Position numbers and translations under genes: made by a program. Positions 19,889 through 20,000 of a stretch of 20,000 nucleotides of DNA are shown in pieces. Location of the stretch: the NCBI GenBank assembly GCA_000934665.2, contig KZ538362.1, positions 58,511 to 78,510 on the forward strand, read 5' to 3'. The notes below the pieces were generated by a model. The model worked only from the letters and a program-made list of their open reading frames with translations, was not told the origin of the DNA and did not search any database. Within the stretch, counting starts at the first letter, position 1; every line of letters begins with the position of its first letter. This DNA is from Catajapyx aquilonaris. Lineage: Eukaryota.

Positions 19889-20000
19889 TAAGGTGAAGTG
19901 GGGTAAGTGCATACACGGGGTAAGTGCATAAACGGGCCGCCATATTGGAATGAAAATGGCTGACGACACCAAAACGCGTCCGGGGATGTTATGTGCAGCT
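19889..20000. mobile_element. Probable left end of a pogo/Tc1-like TIR element running out of the window
   Basis: TA followed by AGGTGAAGTGGGGTAAGTGCATACACGGGGTAAGTGCATAAAC. The doubled 17-bp GGGGTAA motif (19900-19916, 19917-19933) resembles insect pogo-like MITE TIRs. The partner TIR is not in the window. Confidence 0.5.

Overview
Repeat-dominated, non-coding eukaryotic DNA (probably an invertebrate; intergenic or inside a long intron). No ORF resembles a protein I recognise: the long ORFs are translations of tandem repeats or MITEs. The window contains (i) three copies of one hAT-type MITE (TIR TAGGGCTGTGCGATAT, 8-bp TSDs; 192/258/467 bp); (ii) two fully palindromic PIF/Harbinger-like MITEs and other small TIR elements; (iii) three tRNA-derived SINEs from two families that share a 3' stem-loop tail; (iv) about eight mini-/satellite arrays, one of them built from hairpins; and (v) short unique islands, often bordered by poly-G/C tracts. 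The best-supported highlights are a three-level nested MITE at 3.65-4.44 kb, a duplication > SINE > MITE insertion series at 17.8-18.7 kb, a compensatory base change in the shared SINE tail hairpin, and two related GGTCA-rich arrays in inverted orientation (foldback-like). I see no clear novel protein-coding system. All alignments were done by eye, so boundaries without TSDs are approximate.
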